Source of the DNA: Bugula neritina
Taxonomy: Eukaryota > Animalia > Bryozoa
DNA: 64,000 nt
Assembly: GCA_964035545.1 (NCBI GenBank)
Contig: OZ037767.1
Coordinates: forward strand, 15,194,998 to 15,258,997
Reading direction: 5' to 3'
The notes under the pieces were generated by a model that was not told the origin of the DNA, ran no database searches, and saw nothing but the letters and a program-made list of their open reading frames with translations. How positions within the stretch are numbered: position 1 is the first letter of the stretch; the number at the start of each line of letters is the position of its first letter. This document shows, piece after piece, positions 55,875 through 64,000 of the stretch. A program made the translations under genes and the position numbers.

Positions 55875-57356
55875 ATGTTTAAACAACTTGTTGGTTCTTT
55901 TAACAACAATATTATATCCCAATTTTAATTTAGTAAGTTATCACACAAATAATAACTTATTGAATGAGTTTTCTGACAAAGAATAATAACTTATTGATTG
56001 AGTTTTCTGTCAAAGAACATAATATATTTCTGATGCTGGTAATATTTACAATTATATTTATGTTTACAGTCTAATATCTATGTTTCGTACAATATTTTAG
56101 TTATGTTGACATTTATGCTATAGCTGTTGTGAATTCAATAAACACTAATCTCGGTTCTATAATGTGTTTTATCTCAATATATAACTAGATATACCATTTT
56201 AATCAAAAAAAAAGCCATAATCAAAAAAGGAGAACAATGATCAGTTAAGGTAATTGAAAGGGCACAACAGAAACCTATATTATATGAAATGGGCAAAAGA
56301 GGACAACTCTAGATATTCATAATATCCCAGTGATAATTTCACTTATTGACTGCAAATGCATATTATTTGTCTGATTAGCCAATTAAAAATCAGTGACTAT
56401 GTTTTCAACAGCCATGCTTGTGTTTTACTAAATCAGCCAATCAAATAATTGCTAAGGTAGCATTCAATTCTCTTAACTAACTTATTACATTATTTCGTCA
56501 GTTTAAAACTTCAAAGAAGCATCCAATATGTTATAAAGGATAATGAGTGCTTCTAGTAACATGTGACAGCATGAACTCTGATTGGTATCGCTGACTGTGT
56601 TATTACTAAGTGAAAAAACATTGAGGTAACGAAACAGTAAAAATTTTTTCACTCTGCTTTATTTAACATATTATATACTTATTTATATATATTTAGATGC
56701 TGAGTAGTGAATTTATCACTGGAACTCATGCATGCAAGATAACAGAAATATGTATGAGGCAAAATTTAAAAATATGATGAAGTAATTTAGCGAAGCAGTA
56801 ACAAAATTAGTATAATATAATAATTGATATATATAGTAAGAAATATTGTTATTGTGGGCTATAATAAACTATTTTAGAATTAAACTAATGCATGTAATAT
56901 ATTCATAAATCAATCAAGCTTTACATTATAACATATAACAGCCTAATTGTTACACATAATATTTCTATTCGTTATATAATTCAAGGTGCTTTCTTCGGTA
57001 ATTTCATGGCAAAAACGAACACTATATAATAATGCTATATGCTGTATCAACTGTTATAAAATGATAATAAAAACTGATAATATATAATATAAAGTAATAT
57101 AAATGCATAATCAAACAACTCAGGTAAAAACTAAACAATAATAAAGTCTAAAAAGTTTATCAAAATACAGCACAAAGCTATTACAAAGTATATTTCCTTG
57201 CTATATCACGATAGTACATGGCTGCATGAATAGAATCTATTACCAGTTATATAATTTACTTGATCATAATGTCTTAAAGCTAATAGTATATGCAGCTTAT
57301 AACCAGTTAGAATGTCAACGTAAGTGAGGTAAAGACATTTACTGTTGAAGAGCTAT

Positions 57357-60300
57357 TCACTTGTTTTTCTTCATTCCAAAAATGGTAAGCTTTCCATCAT
57401 TTGCTGCTTCTACCACTTTTGACCAATCAGTAGCTTCCTCACATAGTTTACCAAGTGCAGACAAGCCTCCTTTCTTTGCACTGTCCATCCATTGTCCAAT
57501 TATCTGAAATTTATATTATGAGGGAAATTTCAATGAAAATGCATTATATATAATACCAATGTTTATATATTATTATAAAACAAATATAAGAGTGTATAAT
57601 ACTATCCCATATTTTGAGGCTCCAATAAAACATATGATGTTTAGGCAACTGGTACTCAAAGCTTTTTATGCTATGGTCATCAAAAAATTGGCAAAAGAAA
57701 CAATTTTCTTCTGCATTTTCCTATATTTTGTACTATATGTTTTATAAACATGTAATACCTGATACACTTCAATTACAATACATAAGATGTTTATATGTAA
57801 ATACAACTCCAGTTTGTCACATGACAAAAAAGTATGAGCTAGTTTGAAATAAACAGTGTATAATTGTGCTATATAGCTCATGTTTGTAGTATCACAGTTT
57901 TATAATATCTTTCAATACACTAACTTGTTTAAATACAAGATTCCTGTGTTATTATAACAGCACAGCTTTTCATGTTTTGTTTATATACTACTTCAAAGAA
58001 CTCAAAATGAAAGAGTGCTCAAACAAAATGCTAGCAGGTGTGAATGCGCAGTCAATGCTTAAACAAAAGTGTTGATTTTGCTTTTATTATATAACTATAA
58101 TATAATATATTAGTTGAAATTCTACCTCATCTAGTTTATCTTTATCCAGTACATTCAGGTAGTAAATGTATCTGAATCTGTCAATAGTTTTACGACATTT
58201 CCCTGTTGGTTTAAGAGCATCATGTATAGACTTGGCTCTTTTACTAGCCAGTTGGTTATGTACGTGTTCCATCAACTGTATAGCCTGTTCTGGTGTTTGT
58301 ACTGCAAGGAACACAGGATAAAGCATGTACATATTAAGCTATGAGAAGATATGAGTATCAGTATTATATCTCTGCTATAGGAGATAGTACTGAGTGTAAC
58401 ATATAACAGTTAGTCATATATATCAAACTCTACAGTTGCCTCTTCATCTTATATATAGTAAGAGTTGTCTTATCTTATTGTATATAGTAAGAGTTGTCTT
58501 ATCTTACTATATAGTAGGAGTTGTCTTACCATATTGGAAACTTGTTGCAGCATTAGGAGCTGACAAATCTTGGCCAGCTTGCTTGTCACTGACTCTTTCT
58601 ACAAAATACACAAAAGTCATGCATGCTATCGTAATGGGTAGCCTCAATGTATATAGGAAACTTTATAAGCACATGTTAAATTAAAATGTAAATAGAATGT
58701 TACAATTTTATTCATGATTATTGTATTTTATTTCAACAAACCTGTAACCAGTGTTTCTTGGTTCTCAACAAATATTGAGAATGGCACATCTACTAATCCA
58801 AGTCTGAGAGAATCAGAGCATCTTGATTTATCTGAAATAATATAAAGCTTTCAAACAAAGGATTACCTACTGAAGATCCTCATTTATTCACTTTTACACG
58901 TTATGAAACAATTTTAAGTAATGTAATCAGCTGAATAATATGGTGATATTGAGATTTAGCAATATATATTAAAATATTGAGCACGGATACTATGCAATAT
59001 TTGCAGTGTTGGGTTTACCCAGTAGTCCCCTGTGATGTAATGGTAACAGTCTGTTGCAAGTTGGAGGTCTCAGGTTCGAATCCCACCAATGGCAAAAGTT
59101 TTATAAGCGAGTTCGGCCTTTTTTGTAGTATAGTAGCACTTCGAGTGAGTTGAGATGCCAAAGGAGCAATTGAAGACTGAAGGTGTAGAGGAAGGGCCAG
59201 TGGAGTTCTTGAGAACAAAATGGGAAGTAGCGCTCTAGTTTACTCAGGGCCCTCTGTGGTGTATAGTGGTTGCACGCCTGCTTGCAAGCTGGAGTTCTCG
59301 GGTTAAATCTTAGTGGGAGCAAAACTATTTTACAGTATTTCAATTTATAATTAAGTTTCTAGGCTAGTTTATTAGCAGATTATAATAAAATATTTTCAAT
59401 TTAAGAGTCTAAAATCTAACTATTTTTCTTTTAATATGAACCTATTTATTTTTATCTTTTTACTAAACAATCACACATATGCACATTACCTTCATCAACT
59501 ACACGACACAATACACCAGTTTCACAGTCTTCCTTTATGCAACGTCTGAGATCTCCGATAGTCATGTGATCTTCAAATGAGTAGACTGTGTTCTCTCCGT
59601 GAACTTTTACAGTTACTTTACAGTTTTTCACTTTACCTGCATGAAAAACCCATCACATGATCACAAAGCCAATTTTAATCCTAGCGTAATTACACATCAA
59701 CAATGTAACAAATAGGTATGTTTGGAGGCACACACGCAAGTAACTTACTCTTGAATGATTCATCTGATCTGGTAGGAAGTGAAACTGCTTGGTGTACCGC
59801 TACAGTAGCAGGTATATCTTGATGTGGGGCTGCAACCACTGCATCTATCAGAGAAGGAACCTCAGTTGACTGCGCCATGATCTCCATTGTGTTTTCTGCT
59901 GACACATGCTCATGTGGTGCTGCAACACTTGAAAAAGCTTGGTGTGGTGCCACAGTGTTTAACTGACTCAGTTGTGATGATCCTGTATCTGACGTTAAAT
60001 CATGTGAGAGAGTAGTCGACTGAGTTGGTACTTCAACTGTAAAGATAATACAAATAATATTATAGCTGTTCTAAATGTTGAGGACATTGATTCACAAAAA
60101 TAATTTATTCAGTAAAAAACATTAATATATTATGGCAGTCAATTACCGTTTGTTTAACAACTCAATAATTATTTTATAATTTTCAACATTTAGGGCAAAG
60201 AAATTTTTATAGTAAGCTGCAAGACTCAGCAAAAACTAAAAGACTACCAACTTATATAACTTACATGCAGTCCTTTGATATTTATTTGAGGGTAAAACTG

Positions 60301-62974
60301 TCATAGCTGGTTCTGCAGGTCTTTTGTTGTGTGAAACTTTGTTTGTTTGCTTTTTCAAGTCAAAAAGTTGAATAAATGAATTGCTTTCAAGTGCGAAATC
60401 AATAACAGGACAATTTGCACTACTTTTCAATTTCAAATCGGATTTGTGTTCATTTTCTATTTCCCTGCTTTTAAAACTTCCTTTCTGCATTGGTACTTCT
60501 GGTGGCGCATTGTTAGGAAAGTTGGAGATTGAAGGTGGTGGCTGTTTGAACTGAGTGTCTGCTTCTCTGTGAATGTTGCTGTCACCATTTAAATGCGAAG
60601 GGTTTGTAGAAGGCATGTTGAAAGATGGAGGGTTGAAGAGAGACCAGTCCTTTGAATGGTTGAAAGATGGGGCATTCAATTGAAGAGGCTGAGATGGTAA
60701 GTTGGTTGTGAAATTCTCTGATCTAGGAAACCACTGTGGTTTTGATGGTGTGGGTAGATACGGCATAGAAAAAGAACCATCAGTATTGTTTGGTGGCTGA
60801 GCATGCATGTGTTGTGAAGACAGTTGAAACCAAGGTGGCTGAAGATGGATGAACTGTGGCGCCGTTTGTAGATAAGATGGTTGTCTTAGGTGTGGTGGTT
60901 GCAGCCAGTGCTGTGGAGATGTTGGTTGATGTGGCAAACCTGGTGATGACTGTGGAAACTCATCACTCTGCAAAGGATGGTGATGTGTCTGCTCTTTCCA
61001 GAAATCTGCGTTTAAAAAAATGGTAAACATGTATAATAATAAATATGTGAACGGACCATATTGGGCTTTCAAATTTATAGATTATTGTTATAGGCACTTA
61101 AATAGTTTGAGTACAAAAATTAATTACAGTAAAATGTTACATACGATTAATTGTTTCAGTTTGTGAGATAAATATTTGTTATATAATTTATTTTTTAAAA
61201 TTTGTCAAATTAGCAGTTTCTTTGTAGGGGTGATGGGGGGGGAAGGGGGGGCACAACGGTCATAGGGTACAAAAAGCCAGTCAAATTGTGAGAAAACTTA
61301 TTGACTTAGAGTTGTGAGTTTTTTTAATAAAAAGGTATTGACATAATGGCCGGAACCGAGAAGTTGTGAAAGAGATAAAAACAATCAACTGATTTTACTT
61401 ATAATAGTCCACTGGTGTAGCATTTAGACTAGAGATTATTGAACTAGTTACTCAAAAAACAGACTAATGAGAGCGAAAAACTTAACAAGCGGCCGTTGTG
61501 TCCCCCTCCTGTAACCCCTATTCATTATGGAATATTAATTTCACTCTTTTGCATTATGCATCATATTTCTAAATTTCAGAAACGCATCCGTATTTGTTTT
61601 AATAATAGCCAAATTGCACTCTTTTATTGACCTGTTCTGTTTAACTTAAAAATGATCAATCTATTGTTACCTGTGACAAAGCATAACGAAAAAATTCCTG
61701 TCTTTATCCAATTTTGCTTTTTAGTCATTGGAAACATTTATTTAGCATGCTACTTAAATCATAGATGGGGAATATAAAAGCCTATCTTTTGAAACTTTAT
61801 AATTTACTTATCATTTTTGCATGAGATTTCTTTGTACTGCTAACATAACACAGTTTTTTTATTTTAAGGTTAGTTGACCTTAATTAAAATAGCCTTTTTA
61901 AAAGTAAGTAATTCTACCTGGAACTTGACTCGTTGCATCAGCTCTTTGTTCTGTAGAAGCAATTCTCTGGAGTCCAAATATTTCATTATTTACGCCAACA
62001 TCTATAGGTATTCTTTCTGCATGGTTTGATATATTGAAAAGTTTTAGCTGCTGCTCTGTTGTCAGCTGACTCATCAAAAGAGTGAGAATCTCTGTTTGGT
62101 TAGTCTTAGCTGCTTCCTGTATCACTGTATTACCATCTCTATTCTGTATCTTGAGTAGCTCCACCTTCTGTTCTACTGACACACCATCTAGTAGACATTT
62201 GATGGTGTCAGTATGTCCTCTCCATGCTGCACAGTGTATAGCTGTCTCATCCTCACTGCTCTGTATCTTGAGTAGCTCTACCTTCTGTTCTACTGATACA
62301 CCATCTAGTAGACATTTGATGGTGTCAGTATGTCCTTCGCATGCTGCAATGTTTATAGCATAAGACTCAGTTGTCTTGAGTAGCTCTACCTTCTGTTCTA
62401 CTGATACACCATCTAGTAGACATTTGATGGTGTCAGTATGTCCTCTCCATGCTGCACTGTGTATAGCTGTCTTATTAAGGGAACTCTGAGTCTGTATCTT
62501 GAGTAGCTCTACCTTCTGTTCTACTGATACACCATCTAGTACACATTTGATGGTGTCAGTATGTCCTTCCCATGCTGCACAGTGTATAGCTGTCTCATCG
62601 TCACTGTCCTGTATCTTGAGTAGCTCTACCTTCAGTTCTACTGATACACCATCTAGTAGACATTTAATGGTGTCAGTATGACCTCTCCATGCTGCACTGT
62701 GTATAGCTGTCTCATCTTCACTGTCCTGTATCTTGAGTAGCTCTACCTTCTGTTCTACTGATACATCATCTAGTAGACATTTGATGATGTCAGTATGTCC
62801 TCCGCATGCTGCCCTGTGTATTGCATCACACTCCTCACATAATAGTCTATATCTCTCTTCTAATGATATGAAAGGAAGGCACTTCTTCAGCTCAATCAGA
62901 ATATTTCCCTCTTTATCTCCACCTCTAATACTAGTGAGTATTTGAGTAAACTTTAGCACTTCATTCTGATTCAT
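57357..62974 (-). CDS. Ankyrin-repeat protein (904 aa) with P/Q/S-rich linker and probable C-terminal death-fold domain
   Basis: Eight GT-AG exons join in frame: 62974-61918, 61005-60265, 60036-59749, 59636-59490, 58831-58742, 58598-58530, 58301-58126 and 57503-57357 (2715 nt, TGA stop). Six strong ankyrin units (TAIHxAAxxGHTDTIKCLL) plus one degenerate unit. Confidence 0.85.
58445..58528. repeat. ~24-bp tandem repeat x3 immediately after a splice donor of the ankyrin gene
   Basis: TATATAGTAAGAGTTGTCTTATCT units. Confidence 0.85.
59024..59330 (+). mobile_element. Dimeric tRNA-like (Ala-TGC-like) SINE or pseudo-tRNA pair in an ankyrin-gene intron
   Basis: Unit 1 (~59024-59100): TGATGTAATGG..TTGCAAG..GGTTCGAATCC..GCAAAAGTTTT. 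Unit 2 (~59248-59330): TGGTGTATAGTGG..CTTGCAAG..GGGTTAAATC..GCAAAACTATTT. Acceptor stems are not intact. Confidence 0.55.
61225..61520. mobile_element. ~300-bp MITE with G-rich TIRs and TA flanks in intron 1 of the ankyrin gene
   Basis: TAGGGGT..GGGGGGCACAACGG on the left pairs with CCGTTGTGTCCCCC..ACCCCTA on the right. Confidence 0.55.
62100..62825 (-). repeat. Coding tandem repeat, ~117-bp units (ankyrin array)
   Basis: CTGATACA(C/T)CATCTAGTAGACATTT recurs at 117, 120-123 and 108 bp spacings. Confidence 0.95.
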
Positions 62975-63790
62975 CTCAACTGACCTTTTAGTAAGAACTC
63001 TCCATCTTTAGCAGCTCTTCAAATAGACTAATATTAATAATAATATGCTAGACTAGAAAACTCCACGATACACAATGACAATGTCTATCCTCAGACTATA
63101 TATAATATTATTACTAAATTATAACTTATTTTTTCATTTTAAGCTCTAAACTTTCACACGTGTATAACAGTAGTCGTTAACTTTCTGTAAATTACTAACC
63201 AGAATCTTCTCAATATGGCGTGCCTACTTGTGTAGCGCTTATCTATCAACTATAACTATAACTAGCCTGTACAATATGCAGTTCCGTAGTACAGGGAATT
63301 CACGACGAAATAGATGGGAAATTCCATTCACTCCCATTACTCATTTTAAATCGGCCTGTCAACAAACAATTGCGTTAGGTAACGCGTCAAAGTGGAGAAT
63401 ACTCATAGAAACTATTATAATTAATAGAATAAGACAACACAACTCATATTACTCAGCCTGTAGCATTCTGTAAATAATACGGCCTGACGCATCCGATGTA
63501 CTAACTACCAGGCAGTGGTTGTAGACAGTCATGCTATACAAAATTATAACATGATTACATAAGCTGTTCATAATATTATAATATTTGGAGTAATATAAAC
63601 TTTCAACTTCTTATATCTGAACTTTTGTACCATAAATGTAATTCTACATAAAATTAGGCTTAAGTGTTATAAAAATCCAATTGAAGTCAGTTATTGTCTT
63701 GACGCTAAATAAAAAGCAATAATTAATGGAAGACTTATAGAATGTTTACAGCCTTATGTTATTTGTACTATTGTGATATTTATGTTTCAG

Positions 63791-63965
63791 ACTATTATAT
63801 AATATATGGTGCAAATGTTAATCGGTAATTTAATTTTGCAAATGCGAGCAAACAAGCATGTGTAAGAGTAGTTTTCTCTCAAATCTACTCTTACACATGC
63901 TTGTTTGCTCGCATTTGCAAAATTATATTACAGATTAACATTCGCATCATATATTATATAATAGT
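63791..63965. repeat. 175-bp near-perfect palindrome (MITE-like hairpin) ~800 bp upstream of the ankyrin gene
   Basis: Arms ~63791-63871 and ~63885-63965. The inner ~40 bp are perfect (TAATTTTGCAAATGCGAGCAAACAAGCATGTGTAAGAGTAG) around a 13-nt loop. Confidence 0.9.
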
Positions 63966-64000
63966 TTTGCGGTGGCTTATAATATGTTAGCTTCATTCAA

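Noticed and set aside
59024-59100. Functional tRNA gene
   Set aside because: Acceptor and anticodon stems do not pair properly; treated as a tRNA-derived repeat.
62082-62945. Plus-strand Ser-rich ORFs
   Set aside because: Antisense shadows of the ankyrin repeats.

Overview
AT-rich, intron-containing eukaryotic (animal, probably invertebrate) genomic DNA. I see no prokaryotic features, CRISPR arrays or rRNA. The core of the window is a cluster of four paralogous spliced genes: A (+) 20581-22221, B (-) ~37909-34413, C (+) 45441-49632 and D (+) 52878-55874. Manual splicing gives secreted proteins of about 524 aa with the layout signal peptide - WSC domain - NHL-like beta-propeller - PAN/apple domain. 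The paralogs are a nucleotide-level mosaic, with near-identical 120-130 bp tracts inside otherwise strongly diverged copies, which points to gene conversion. Convergent with copy D is an 8-exon, 904-aa gene (-, 62974-57357). It has 39-aa ankyrin repeats with a near-invariant scaffold and variable binding-face residues, a P/Q/S-rich linker, a possible ubiquitin-like fold and a probable C-terminal death-fold domain. Mobile DNA includes an 11-kb decayed EnSpm/CACTA transposon with ~430-bp TIRs between copies A and B, and a second EnSpm-type terminus at 875. There is also a decayed R4/Dong non-LTR retrotransposon in a (TAA)n tract, an L2/CR1-type 3' fragment, tRNA-derived SINE-like elements, several foldback/MITE inverted repeats and many micro/minisatellites. 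All domain and family calls are by eye; no searches were run.
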